The notes beneath the pieces were generated by a model. That model was given only the letters and a program-made list of their open reading frames with translations, did not search any database and was not told the origin of the DNA. From assembly GCF_001194135.2 (NCBI RefSeq), contig NC_068985.1, positions 25,295,254-25,359,253 on the forward strand: 64,000 bases of DNA, given 5' to 3'. Shown piece after piece: positions 1 to 12,629 of this stretch (its first letter is position 1; each line of letters opens with the position of its first letter). The translations under genes were made by a program, and so were the position numbers. Origin of the DNA: Octopus bimaculoides. Its lineage: Eukaryota.

Positions 1-430
1 GAGACCTTTGGAAATGTGCAGTGCGTGAGAAGACCCGACAAGCCAAGTTAGACCATAATCCATGGCCTCTGCCAGGGGTGTAGCCAGCCCACTTATGCGT
101 ACCTTTCCTTCATTGGACACTAAACTTTGCTTGCGAAGACCTGTTGGGGCAAGTGAAATCGAAATCGTAATTGAACCAAATTCGATGACTGGCACCTGTG
201 CCAGTGGAGCGCTAACAGCACCATCAGAGAGTGATCATTGCCAGAGGAGCTGTCTGGCTTTCATGTAAATAGCACCATTTGAGTGTGATCGTTACCAGTG
301 TCGCCTTACTGGCACTTGTGCCGGTAGCACGTGAAATAACATTCGAGCGAGGTTGTTGCTAGTGCTGCTGGACTGGCTCCTGTACAGGTGGCACATAAAA
401 AACACCATTTTGAGCATGGCCGTTGCCAGT
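1..430 (+). mobile_element. RTE-type LINE 3' end (ORF2 C-terminus and repeated 3' UTR)
   Basis: Begins DLWKCAVREKTRQAK, the same C-terminus as the copy at 33729-33965 ([15 protein letters not shown]), followed by the repeated UTR subunits seen elsewhere in the window. Confidence 0.7.
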
Positions 431-465
431 ACCACCTGACTTGCCCTTGTGCTGGTGTCATGAGG

Positions 466-712
466 GCCATGTGTGTGTGTGTGTGTGTGTGTGTGTCTCT
501 GTGTGTGTTTGTACCCCCACCATCACTTGACAACCAATGTTGCTGTGTCTACATCCCTGTAACTTAGCTGTTTGACAAAAGAAACCGATAGAATAAGTAC
601 TAGGCTTACAAAGAATAAATCCTGGGCTCGATTTGTTCGACTAAATGTGGTGCTCCAGCATGGCCGTAGTCACATGATTGAAACAAGTAAAACAATAAAG
701 AAAACTATGCCA
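466..712 (+). mobile_element. tRNA-derived SINE, 3' half (octopus OK/OR-like family)
   Basis: (GT)n followed by ...gatagaataagtactaggcttacaaagaataa...ctccagcatggcc...gaaacaagtaaaa; reverse-complement copies occur at about 2036-2325 and 7050-7450. Confidence 0.7.
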
Positions 713-995
713 TTTTAATCCCGAGCAAGTCTGGGTATCTCTGCTAGTTGATATATAAAAATACACAGTTGAGTTGAACGAGATAAATAAACCATTTCAC
801 TTGGAAATAAACTTATGATATTTTCATTGAAATATCACAAGAATATCATCAAACCACAGAAATGAAGTTATCTGATTTCTGATCAGATGACAATTGATGA
901 ATGATGGCATACACATTGATTACTGATAGGAAACCAGATTAATTCATAGTCTATGCTTATCAGGAAACTCCAAGAATTGAATATGAGTGTTCTAT

Positions 996-1072
996 CATAA
1001 TCATCATCATCATCACCACCACCACCACCACCACCACCACCACCACTACCATCATCATCATCATCATCATCA
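996..1072. repeat. (CAT/CAC)n trinucleotide microsatellite, expanded LINE tail
   Basis: Seen directly; it explains the poly-His ORF at 987-1364. Confidence 0.95.
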
Positions 1073-1385
1073 TTTAACGTCCGTTTTCCATGCTAGCATG
1101 GGTTGGACAGTTCGACCGGGGTCTGGGAAGCCAGGAGGCTGCACCAGGCTCCAGTCTGATCTGGCAGTGTTTCTACAGCTGGATGCCCTTCCTAACGCCA
1201 ATCGCTCCATGAGTACTTTTTACATGCCACTGGCACAGGGGCCAGAGGAGGCTAGCAACAGCCACGATTGGTTGGTGCTTTGTGGCCGTTGCCAGCCTCC
1301 TCTGGCCCCTGTGCCGGTGGCACATAAAATGCACCCACTACACTCACAGAGTGGTTGGTGTTAGGAAGGGCATCCAGCTGTAAAA
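1073..1385. mobile_element. RTE LINE 3'-tail fragment with a fold-back (inverted) duplication
   Basis: Arms 1174-1265 and 1282-1382 are reverse complements of the same tail sequence (tacagctggatgcccttcctaac...gccac). Confidence 0.85.
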
Positions 1386-1951
1386 ACAGGCACAAAGCCA
1401 GCAAGTTCATCGACCTCAATTCTCACCTGCTATTTATTTTATCAACTCAGAAAAAATAAAATGTACAGTCAACCTTGGCGAAATTTGAACTCAGAACATT
1501 TATATAATATATTAACTATATTTCTTAACTTCAGTTATATACTTTGTATGTCGTTAGGCAAATGGTTAGCCATTATATGATACTTCTGTCCCTAACATAA
1601 TGTTTAGCAAAAGGCCTACCTATGTCTTGTGTTACACAGATGCAAACAGTGTTAAGTACTTCCTTTCACAAAAGAACATTGTCATAGATAAATGCTAGAT
1701 TTGATTACTGTATGGAAAACATAGTCACACCAATTAGAGGACAATGTTCCTGAAGCCTTTTGGAGATAATCGCTTCACAAAACTGAAGAACAGCAGCACA
1801 TTCATTGCTTATTGTTTGGAAATTTATAACTGGCTTGCCAGAAAACTTTGAGTACTGTATCTTAGTATTCCATGTTTTTATATATTAAATATATTCCCTA
1901 CTTCAATGATACTGAGGTCTAATTCTTTTGCTACACATAGGGTTTAATCAT

Positions 1952-1988
<37 letters not shown>

Positions 1989-2035
1989 TTATGCATGTGA
2001 ATATATAACCCCAGGTCTTATACATTTTTTAAAAC

Positions 2036-2325
2036 CTAGTACTTATTTTATCAGTCTCTTTTGCTGAACCACTAACCTATGGGAACATAAATGCACTACA
2101 ATGGTTGTTAAGCAGTGGTGGAGGACAAACACACCCACAAAGACACATGTACATAGATTTATACATATATACGACAGGCTCCTTTCAGTTTATGTCTACC
2201 AAGTCCACTCTCAAGGCTTTGTTTGGCCTGAACCTATAGTAGAAAACACTTGCCCTAGGTGCCACACAGGGGACTGAATCCAGAACCATGTAGTCGGAAG
2301 CAAGCTTCTTACCACATGGCTTGCC
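2036..2325 (-). mobile_element. tRNA-derived SINE (OK/OR-like), degenerate
   Basis: Homologous to 466-712 and 7050-7450; tRNA-like head with B-box-like ggttctggattcagtccc on the minus strand. Confidence 0.7.
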
Positions 2326-2670
2326 ATTATATATAATTTCCTATTAGATGCTCCTCTGCTTAAGAAGAATGTTCTTTATCTGAAGAATTTCTAATAGGAA
2401 ATTCTTTACACATCTACCTAACATGTAAGTCTATGTGATTCCTATTACCAAATGAAACATATAATGGAGAACAAATGATGCCTAAAGATTTCTATTTTCC
2501 TATTTTATTATAAATTAACTCTGCAGATAGTTTTTTTTCCATAATTCTTAATTCTAATATGTATTTTGACTAACATACATCATCAACTATGGATACATAC
2601 CAATTGTAATATTGAAATAAGCAGACATGCTTCAAGAGGAAGCAGCTGGGATTTACCCCAACTAACTAAC

Positions 2671-2671
2671 T

Positions 2672-2706
<35 letters not shown>

Positions 2707-2714
2707 ATACATAT

Positions 2715-2793
<79 letters not shown>

Positions 2794-2945
2794 TAGATAG
2801 ACAGACAGACAGGCAGACAGACAGATAGATAGATAGATATACACATAGATAGTTAGACAGATAGAAATATAGAAATAAATAGATGTATACATATATATAT
2901 GTGTGTATGTTTGTATGTGTATATAAACGCACACATTATATATAT
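2671..2945. repeat. Compound microsatellite (TA)n(TG)n(CA)n(TA)n(GATA/GACA)n
   Basis: Seen directly; source of several spurious ORFs. Confidence 0.95.
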
Positions 2946-4146
2946 ATCCCACATGCATTATATGTATATTCTTTCTTTCTTTAGTTTGTTTTAGCCATTA
3001 CAGCTAAGGTCATGCTAGATATTGTATGTGTGTGTGTGTTTGTGTATACATATACTCACACCACACACACACACATATGTATGTATATATGCACACACCT
3101 GTTTGTGTGTCTACATCTGTGTGCATACATCTGTAAATATAATAATTAGGTTTTTATGTAAATGATATTGATTACTTCTCTAATTATTATGCCTCAGGCA
3201 TCAGGCTAAAGAAATCAGCCTCACTGACAGCCTGCTAATCATTTTGATTGGTATTACATTATTACTTCATGTTCTCATTTAATGATATCACACAAATTGA
3301 CTATGTTCTATGATAGATGTAACCCTTCAGTGCATAAATGGTGACAGAGAATTCTGCATTGATATAACTTGTAGTTTTCTCCTACGAATATAGTTATTAT
3401 TATTATTACTATTATTTTTATTTAGCTCCACTCATTATTTATTTATTTGTTGTGATAGAGTAGAGCTTTGATAAAATACATTCCAGCTTCAACTATTCTG
3501 TATTCTTATGATATCTAGGACTACATTAAATAATATGTACTTTGATTTTTCTAAAGAGAGCAGGGTGTGATTCGAGGGAGATTTAGCTGCTATTTGTAGC
3601 AAGCTGAGCAAACTCATAGCAGCTCTATTAGGTACTTGTGAAAAAAAATATGGTGTCATTTTTGTGAAAGAGTATGTTGTGTGTGAATTAGGACACCAAT
3701 CAATAATAAATGATGTCACTCTAATTGAACATTTATGATTAAAATAAAACACTTAGATGTCTTCTAGAATAACCAGTGCACTATTGTAACATTGCTCTTC
3801 TTGCCTTTGAATAAATTGTGAATGAATATTCATTCCACCAATAGTTTGACTTTTGAGTTTTCTCACACTGCCTCACCATGCAAGATTTCACAACTCACTT
3901 GTTATTTAGCCCCGAGTCAGCCCTAACTGAGCAGCAGTGGCAGCTTGTGTATAGGAATCACAGAACTGCAACACCCCCTATTTCCACTTGATATTATTGA
4001 TAACATTCCAAAGCGGTGAGCCGGTAGAAACGTTAGCATGCCGGGCGGAATGCATAGCAATATTTCATCTATCTTTACATTCGAGTATGTTCTGTGTTTA
4101 GCCCTTGTGACCAATAATGAAAGGATTATTATTATTATTATTATTA

Positions 4147-4420
4147 AGGCGGCAATCTGGTAAAATCATTAGCATGCTGGGCAAAATGCTTAGCAGTATT
4201 TTGCCCATCTTGACGTTCTGAGTTCAAATTCCGCTGAGGTCAACTTTGCCTTTCATCCTTTCAGGGTCAGCTTTGCCTTTCATCCTTTTGGGGTCGACTT
4301 TGTCTTTCATCTTTTCGGGGTCAGTAAATTAAGTACCAGTGAAACACTGGGGTTGATATAATCAACTCATCCTCTCTCCCGTAATGGCTGCCCTTGTGGC
4401 AAAATTTGAAACCATTATTA
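4147..4420 (+). mobile_element. tRNA-derived SINE with a Meta-like central domain and a 3x27-bp internal tandem duplication
   Basis: Head ggcggcaatctggtaaaatcattagca...gagttcaaattcc; central gcctttcatcctttcaggggtc unit repeated at 4238, 4265 and 4292; (ATT)n tail. Related pieces at about 4010-4080, 1430-1500(-), 9640-9820(-) and 29220-29435(-). Confidence 0.75.
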
Positions 4421-4654
4421 GTTTTATTATTGTTGTTGTTGTTGTTATTATTATTATCTTCATTATTCAACATTGTGTACAACATTGTGTGTTCTTTTTT
4501 GCTGTTAGGAGAGTGCAAACTCTTCCTGGTGTTGTATTGCATCAGTTTCCTTTTTTTCATAGGGTGTGGTGCAGTCTTTTGTTGTATTAAGTTTTGCATT
4601 GTGTGTTGTGTGTGTAATGCATTGGGTATTTGGCCTGCTACTGGTAATTTATTT

Positions 4655-5023
4655 ATTACTTCCACCTTAGCAAAGGTGGAGGTATTGTATTCAGTCATGT
4701 TTGTCAGTTTGTTTGTCCATGGACAAGATGTCTCAAGAACCATTGAATGGATTCAGATGAAACTGTCAGGGATGTTTGACCTCGTGACTGGCACGAACTG
4801 ATTAGATTTGGGAATTGATCCAGTACTAGATAAGGATTCTGGATTATTTTTCCTGTTTTTCTACTTAATTTTTGAGAGCGATCGAGTTCACTTTTAGTAT
4901 TCTCATTTGTGAGAGCAGTCGAGTTTATTTCAGATATTCTCATTTAAAAAATCATCTATGACTAATCATTGAGAGGATATTGGTGTTACCTTGGCAGAGG
5001 TTTGCGCTTTCTGAGTGCTCTTG
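4655..5023. mobile_element. Non-autonomous Helentron/HINE-like element
   Basis: Left hairpin acttccacctt-agca-aaggtggaggt (4658-4683); right subterminal ccttggcagaggt followed by ttgcgctttctgagtgctct; sits in T/TTA-rich flanks. The family assignment is from recalled architecture. Confidence 0.55.
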
Positions 5024-5399
5024 TTATTATTATTATTATTATTATTTTACTTCTCAGAGCTCTTGATCTTACTTACTCTGGTTGATTCTGTGAGAGCTGA
5101 CAACAGCCTGTTATCAAAGGTCTCATAGTGTCTCATTCTGCACATTATAAGCTTTGATAATTGGCTGTCAGTTATTGTGGAAGATGTTCAGCACCCAAGT
5201 GCCAGTCTCAAAATACTAGCTGTACCCAGCAGCATAGTCTTTTGAGCTTGCTCCACTCTCCTTCGATAAAATAAAGTATTAGTCAAGTACTGAAGTCAGT
5301 TTAATTGATTTACTCCTTTCCCTTCTCCTCTCAAATTTCTAATCCCACACCCATGTTAGAAATGACTACCTTAGCATTTTGTCTTCATGAATGTTGTGT

Positions 5400-5860
5400 A
5401 ATGACCAAAAGAATATGATTGCAAATACAAGCAGTTGAAATGGGGTTCCTCCAAAGGGTCTCTGAAGTAATGTTACTTGACAGGGTGCATGACTCGAGGA
5501 TCAGGGAGTTTGTCCAGGTTAAACTGCATCTTCTCTGCATTGAGAGGACATGGCTCCAGTACTATGGACATATAATAAGAATGTTACAAGTAAGAATTGC
5601 AAAATAAATTCTTCAAGCCAATCCAACCAGCAAGAATCCTAGGGGTTGACCAAGAACAAGATGGTTGGATATAATCCATAGTGTCAGTTGATCTTGCTTG
5701 GAAATCCAGCTGGAAAATATGACAGTTGCTTCTGAGAGGATCCTATGGAGGAGTTACCTGAGAATTCTACCAAAACAATCTTCCCAGGAAGAAGGATGGA
5801 TGGATGGACAGACGAATGGATGGATGGACAGACGAATGGATGGATAGATGGATGGATAGT
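5400..5860 (+). mobile_element. RTE-like LINE ORF2 3' fragment (second family) with a (GGAT)n tail
   Basis: AVEMGFLQRV...DRV...IRE...YYGHIIRM...RG*PRTRWLD; a second copy with a (GGAT)n tail lies at about 8690-9085. Confidence 0.7.
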
Positions 5861-6457
5861 TGACTGCTTTCCATTCACCTAATTCAGATTATCATGATTA
5901 GAAATTAATAAATTAAATGTTACGTTAAAATTTATAATGCTGACCTAATTTTATTTATTTTTTATGTATTTTATTTTATTTTTTATCATCTATAACAATT
6001 CAAAGAATGATAGTATAAAATTTAAAATTAGAATCTATGCAATCATAAAATTATTTTTAATTGTATAGTTAATGACTTTAACATAAGTAATGAGTGCAAG
6101 AAATTTGCTATTAATCTGTAAGGCTTTCTCTTTTCTTCACTTGTCAATGCTTAATCTTTGTAAAATTTGTTACTAGACAAATTATGTATTCAGACTTGAT
6201 CTGCAATGGTCTTCATTATTCTGGTGATCTTAACATATGCATGTATGTATGTAGGTGTGAAGGTGTAAAAATGTGGGGAAGGGAATTGGTCAGTGCTAGT
6301 GTGTGCATGGTGGTGTAGCGTGGTGTAGTGTGAGGATATTGGGAGGGGGGGAAAGCATGGGTGGAGTGTGGGTGGGGGTAGAGGTAGGGGTATGTGGGTA
6401 GGCAGAAGTTGGGGGTGGGTGTAAGGGATGGAATGGGAAGGTAGGGGTAGGAGTGGG

Positions 6458-6491
<34 letters not shown>

Positions 6492-7049
6492 TGTGACTGA
6501 CTTCTTTCAGCTTCCATCCACCAAATCCACTGACAAGGCTTTGGTTAACTCGAGGCTATAGTAGGAGACACTTGCCCAAAGTGCTTAAGACTGAAGCTGA
6601 GATCACATATTTGAGAAGCAAGCTTCTTAACCATACAGCCATGTTTATGCAAAAGCATGTATTTTATAAATGAATAAATACCTGTATAAATATATCTATA
6701 GATTTTGCCTTATAGGATGTGAAAAAAATTATTTGGAGAAAAAATAATTCTGATAAAAATAATGACTATTTCAATGTTTAGTAGATGAATAGTAAGGATA
6801 TGGGTTAGTTTCTGATACAAACAATATCAATAAGAGAAGAAAATAATACAGAACAAACTAAAGAAGACAGAAGGAAAGAGGTGTGTATATTTTTTTTTTT
6901 AATATATTTGACCTTTCTTTAAAGGTAATGAAAAACCTGTCTTATATGGCGGGTAATTTTACCGGTTGTAAAAGAAAACAAATAAATACTGAAGCAAACC
7001 AGTTTTCTCAGTGGCAATGTCAAAATACTTACATACATACGTTCTTTTT

Positions 7050-7450
7050 ATTTATTTGTTTCAGTCATTTGACTGGGGCCATGCTGGAGCACCACCTGTA
7101 GTCAAACAAATCGACCCCAGGACTTATTCTTTGTAAGCCTAATACTTATTCTATCGGCCTCTTTTGCTGAACCACTAATGTTGCAGGGATGAAAACACAC
7201 TAACATCAGTTGTGAAGCGATGGTGGGGTGGGGGGTGGGGAATAAACAAACACACACACACGCATATACATACATACATACATACATATGATGAGCTTCT
7301 TTCAGTTTCCGTCTACCAAATTCACTCACAAGGCTTTGGTCAGCCTGAGGCTATAGTAGAAGACATTTGCCCAAGGTACCACACAGTGGGATTGAACCCG
7401 GAGCCATGTGGTTGGTAAGCAAACTACTTACCACACAGCCATTCCTGCAC
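7050..7450 (-). mobile_element. Near full-length tRNA-derived SINE (OK/OR-like)
   Basis: Minus strand reads ...gctgtgtggtaagtagtttgcttaccaaccacatggctccgggttcaatcccactg...ccttgggcaaatgtc..., with an internal (TG/TA)n tract. Shorter copies at about 6490-6645, 8130-8290, 20780-21015, 26990-27160 and 39950-40115 (all -) and 15960-16100 (+). Confidence 0.8.
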
Positions 7451-8689
7451 CTACATGTCAATTTTATGTTAGTTGAAATATGTTTGTGACATATTTTAAC
7501 TTTTAAAGGTAAATTCACCGCAGTTACCATAAACAAAAAAATTACCTCTTATGGTAAAAGGTGTAAAAACACCATATCTAACCAGTGCTTCCCTCTAGCA
7601 GATTCCCAGGAATGTGTTTCCTGTCCTTTAGCCTTCCTCAATGGGAAATACCAAAAAGACATAAACCTGGGTAGATACCTGAAGTACATTTATTCCTAAT
7701 CAAAATTTAGTGTTGATGCTGCTATTTTTTTATTCCAACCAGGTGGTCCACTAGCACAACTCAGTCACTGATGTTGACTGTCTTTTAGTTAGTGCCATGG
7801 TTTGAATCTGCTTGAGGTTATCTCTCTTTAGTGTTTTGCACTGAGGAAGGCTAAAGAGCTAAAAATGCATGTCTAAGGAAGCACTGAGAAGAGATGGTTT
7901 TTTTTAACATGTTTTACCATAAAATATATTTTTTTTTGTCCATGGAAACTGCAGTGAATTTTCCTTTAAAAGTTAAAATATATCACAAACATATTTTAAC
8001 TAACCTAAAATATGTTTCTTCCTAATCACTGCATGGTGGTGCTGCTGCTTCTCTTTCTGTCTATATATATGTGTGTGTGTGCATGTCTACATGCACACAT
8101 ACATACACACATACATACATGCATACATACATACATGTGCACAAGAGGCTTCCACACAGTTTCCATCTACAAAATTCACTCACAAGATATTGGTTGGGGC
8201 TCTTGTAGAAGACAGTTGCTCAAGATGCTGCACAGTAGGACTGAACATGAAACCATGTGGTTATAAAGCAAGATTCTTAACTGCACAGCCTGTATATATA
8301 ATTTTGTATCTCTTTGCACCATTCACATGCCATTTCCCCTTTCCAACAGCCTTCTATTTAGAACAGAAGAATACTTCATGTTTGTCCTTTGTTTTTTTAT
8401 ATATTTTTTGAATTGTGATGGAAAAGATGTAATTAGTTACAGTTGGATATAAGTTTGAATCCAGTCAAGTTTGCAGTTCTGTATTGTCTCTCTGAGCAGG
8501 ATTTTCTTTCTCCTGTGATCTCTATAAATGTATTAATTATCAATGTGAAGCATTGTAGTTTCTATTTTCCATTTGGTGCATGTTTTTATATTCATACATC
8601 TTGTTGGTACAGCTCATAGGCAATATATTATATTTTTAAGAATTCAATTTGGTTTTCATGCCGATGATATGATAATAAGCGTTGGGTAT

Positions 8690-9085
8690 GGCCAAAAGAG
8701 TACAACTGTGGATACAAGTGACTGAAGTGGGGTTCTTTCAAAGGTCTCTGGAATAATCTTGTTCAATAGAGCATGTATTTCGGAGATCAGGGAATCTTGC
8801 CAGGTCAAGCCACTACTTCTCTGCTTTGAGAGGTCACAGCTCTAGTGCTATGGACATGTGATTTGGATACCACAGGAAAGCATCACTAAATGGATTCTTC
8901 AAGCCAAGCTCACTGGGGCAGACAAAAATGAAATAGCAGGACAATAGTCATAATCTTAGTTGGACATGCTGGGAATGCAGCGAGAAAATGTAATGGCCCT
9001 ATGGAAGAGGTGCCTCAGGACTCAACCCTCAGAACCCACCTAGGAATAATGGGCAGAGACGATGGATGGATGTATGGATGGATGC
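8690..9085 (+). mobile_element. RTE-like LINE 3' fragment (second family)
   Basis: Aligns by eye with 5400-5860; (GGAT)n tail. Confidence 0.6.
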
Positions 9086-11019
9086 AGTACCAGGCATTGG
9101 TTCTCATGGCTTCCGATCTTAATTAATTGGAAGTGTTATCATGTACATGTTTTGTCTTGGAGTAAAAGATGGGCTATAGCAAATATTCTGTTCAACACCA
9201 CAGATTTGCTTGTCAATTGTTTGACCATAACCGGTTGAGCATGTCCTTTAGTGGCTACAAGTATGTGCATCTCTGATCACGAGCAGAAGTAGTGGAGGAG
9301 CATCATAGTTATGTGTTGAGAGGAATTCTTTGGAGCTTGAATAATTTACCTCTGGAAACATGTGTGTTTCATTCAACATCCTTAAACAATCCTTACTCGG
9401 GAGCCTTTTGAGTGGGATGGGTTACTCAACTTGAAGAATATTCTAACTGGGCCCCACCTGCAAGGTCATACATTGTTTATCTTCATATGAGATCACCATG
9501 TTGCGCACTGATGGTGGTTGTGATGCATGTGCCTAGTGTACCCTTATCAGATGGATAGTCACGATTGGTACACTGGACTTGGTATATTTTACCCCAGTGT
9601 CACTTTGGTTGCATGCACTGCTCTCTTACTCAATAATAATTATAGTAATCCTTTCTACCATAGGCACAAGGCCTCAAATTTGGGGGTATTTTATCGACCC
9701 TGAAAGGATGGAAAGCATAGTTGACCCTAGTGGAATTTGAAGTGCGAATGTAAGGATGGACAAAATGCCACTAAACATTTTGCCCTGTGCCCTAACAATT
9801 CTGTCAGCTCACCACCTTAATGATGATAATAACAATAAAAATAATAGTAATGATAATAATATTTTCACAAGCCCACTAACTTATTGTTAAGGGCTATAAC
9901 TGATTGATATTAAGTGACAGAGCTAAATACTGTATAACATTTAGTCCACAAGTCTACCATTGTATCAATTATTCACTCGTAAATGAATATCTGGTTCATG
10001 TTTTTAGCATGTAGGATAAGTTGATAGTCCTGCCTCATTCCATCAATGTTCACCACATTGGCCTAGTTTAACCTGTCATATCATCATTACCACTCCGTGG
10101 ATTTGATATGAAAACACGACACTTTTGCTTTAACAGAAGTAGTTTATTTCATATGATGGTGATGAGGATGATGATGGTGGTGGTTGTGGTGATGATGATG
10201 ATGTTGATTTCTTTATTATCCATATGGGTCCAAAATATACAATAAAACACACACCATGGAACAACAAACAGTGTCAGGTGGGGTGGAACAAACAAGTTAT
10301 ATTGATAAGATCTACAAATGAATATAAATGAAAGCTTTGAAAAGAAACATTGTTAAACCCAATCAAATGAAACCACAGAACAATTATGCTTAAAGTTGGG
10401 AAGTAGATTAAAGGCTATTAATTGCAATAACATATCAACTATAATATCTCAAGTATTTTTCATGCCTTCCTTTGTAACAACAGTGGAGTGAGGGGGTATA
10501 ATTAATTTGCACACTAAAAAATGAAACTAAATACTGAAAAACAATTAGGGCTGGTTCTTTATTGTTTTCCCCATTCTACCATAGACAATTATGGTGATGA
10601 TGGTGATGATGATGATATAATAATAATAATAATTCATTCATCATCATAATTTTTAATGCATATTTTCCCTTTCTTGGACAGGTTTCACTGTATAGTATAT
10701 TGCCATGCAACATTTTCCTGTGTCATCTCATCTGCAAGGTTCAAGCTCCTAAGAACTAGCGTCACCACTTCTTTCAATATTGCCACTGGTATTCCTGTGT
10801 GCATTTTAGAACTACCAGGCCTGTCATACTCAACCACTTTATCAGTTTATCTACACTCCACATTTGAGGTTGAGTATGATAAAAATATTGAATGTGCTTA
10901 AGGTAGATAGAAGTTTAATTAAAATCAAAGATCTAAAAAAGAAAGAAAGAAAAACAGGACAGGTTACTTTGATTAACAAATGATTCAACTTCTATACTCT
11001 CTATATAGAAATAGAGTGA

Positions 11020-11410
11020 GTAAAAATAGCAGAGCGAGATCGTTGCCAGTGCTCCTGGACTGGCTCTTGTGCGGGTGGCACATAAAATGCACCATTTTGA
11101 GCGTGGCCGTTGCCAGTACCGCCTGACTGGCCTTTGTGCAGGTGACACGTAAAAGCACCCACTACACTCTTGGAGTGGTTGGCGTTAGGAAGGGCATCCA
11201 GCTGTNNNNNNNNNNGGTGACACGTAAAAGCACCCACTACACTCTTGGAGTGGTTGGCGTTAGGAAGGGCATCCAGCTGTAGAAACTCTGCCAAGTCAGA
11301 TTGGAGCCTGGTGTAGCCATCTGGTTTCACCAGTCCTCAGTCAAATCGTCCAACCCATTCTAGCATGGAAAGCGGACATTAAACAATGATGATGATAATG
11401 ATGATGATGA
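11020..11410 (+). mobile_element. RTE LINE 3' tail (5'-truncated), spanning a 10-N gap
   Basis: ...gttggcgttaggaagggcatccagctgtagaaactctgcc...ccaacccattctagcatggaaagcggacattaaacaatgatgatgat. The same tail recurs at 16723-16990(-), 19010-19402(+), 26450-26630(+), 29935-30272(+), 33175-33700(-), 56305-56659(-), 57405-57600(-) and 61270-61505(+). Confidence 0.8.
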
Positions 11411-12590
11411 ATAATGATTTCAAAGTTAAGAGAGTTTTAGCCAATGTTCTTAATGTTGAATGAAAGACATTCAAAGAACTTTACTTGAGAGAAAAGTTAG
11501 GGGAGGCCAAAAACAACATAGAATTTTTGATGGTTAAAAGATTTTTTGAATTACAACTACTGCTCAGATGAATTCACCATTGATTATGATGAATATTTTG
11601 CTTTCCACTCTTGCTTACCTGGGTTATATTAACCTCACATGCACTCCACCGACATAATATATAACATTTTTTTTCTCTACCTGACATTTCCTTTATCATA
11701 TAATGTAGCTTGGTGGGTTTAGATAGTGGAATGGGGATAGCAAATTTTAATCTCATTTGCCAACAATGGTTCTTTCTCTGGCATCTAGTATTGAATCTAA
11801 ATGCCATAACACTATCTCATACAATTATTGCTCTGACCTTTAGCTTCTCATTTCAAGATGTGTAAAGTTTACTTTATTAGAAATATGCATTTTAATGTAA
11901 CCATTCGCAACCTATGGGTCAATAAAACATTTTGAAATATGAATATATTTGTATGTGTGTGTATGTGTGGTTTTATTTAGTTTCTAATACCTCATAGTTT
12001 AGTATCAATCAAATTTATTAAACTGGGTCACAAACATAATATGAAAAAGTGCATAAATAGATAAATAAAGAGCAAAGAACTTCTCAGTTAATATGTTGCT
12101 ATAATGTTATGCAAAACAATGCTCTTTAAATTCATTCTTCGGGGAAGGGCATTAATATTGTAACTTCACATTTCTCTGCTATTGTTGAGAAAATCTTGAA
12201 AGAGTATGTCTTCTGTAAAGATTCACAAAGTGAAAACAAGGTAGTGACGGAAAAGTTGATGATGACGATAATGACAATATTTATATTTAATAAATCTAAT
12301 TTTGCCTTGTAGATTTTTAAAAAAAGTTTAAAGAATGGGGAAAAAAAAATCTTAGACCAAATAGTTATTCACAGGTGGTATGTTATTTATGTATCTGCAT
12401 TTATTCGAAGAACATTCTTCAGAATCTAAATGTTGAAAACTCCATTTTAGTCTTAATGTAAATAAAATTAAAAATCGTAAAAATATTTCTGTAAGAAAGA
12501 AGAGACTTAGCAAACATTTTGAAAAGTTTAACCAACAATATGATGTAAAGAAACTTGACTTAACTGCATGTATAACTACCACCACTGAGT

Positions 12591-12629
12591 TGACCAATCA
12601 GAGCGTCCGTTAGAGAGCTATGACGTCAT
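12591..12629 (+). promoter_or_regulatory. Putative OGDH promoter: CCAAT box plus palindromic CRE
   Basis: TGACCAATCAG at 12591-12601 (NF-Y-like) and ATGACGTCAT at 12620-12629 (perfect CRE), at the start of a CpG-retaining segment about 700 bp upstream of the ATG. Confidence 0.6.

Noticed and set aside
987-1364. Poly-His 125-aa ORF
   Set aside because: It is a translation of a (CAT/CAC)n microsatellite plus LINE tail, not a gene.
2566-2958. Several HT/YI/CV-repeat ORFs (also 306-533, 6190-6517, 8012-8411, 19894-20095)
   Set aside because: These are dinucleotide microsatellite translations.
4321-4943. Overlapping 79-140 aa ORFs
   Set aside because: They run through a SINE tail, (TTG/TTA)n and the HINE-like element, with no protein motif or splice support.
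11142-11280. Apparent 65-bp direct tandem duplication
   Set aside because: The identical copies flank a 10-N gap (11206-11215), so this is most likely an unmerged contig overlap.
11574-12597. Possible divergent (minus-strand) gene sharing the OGDH promoter, including a CAG|GTAAGC donor at 11619
   Set aside because: I found no acceptor-plus-open-frame combination and no recognisable protein, so I cannot support it. A non-coding divergent transcript is not excluded.
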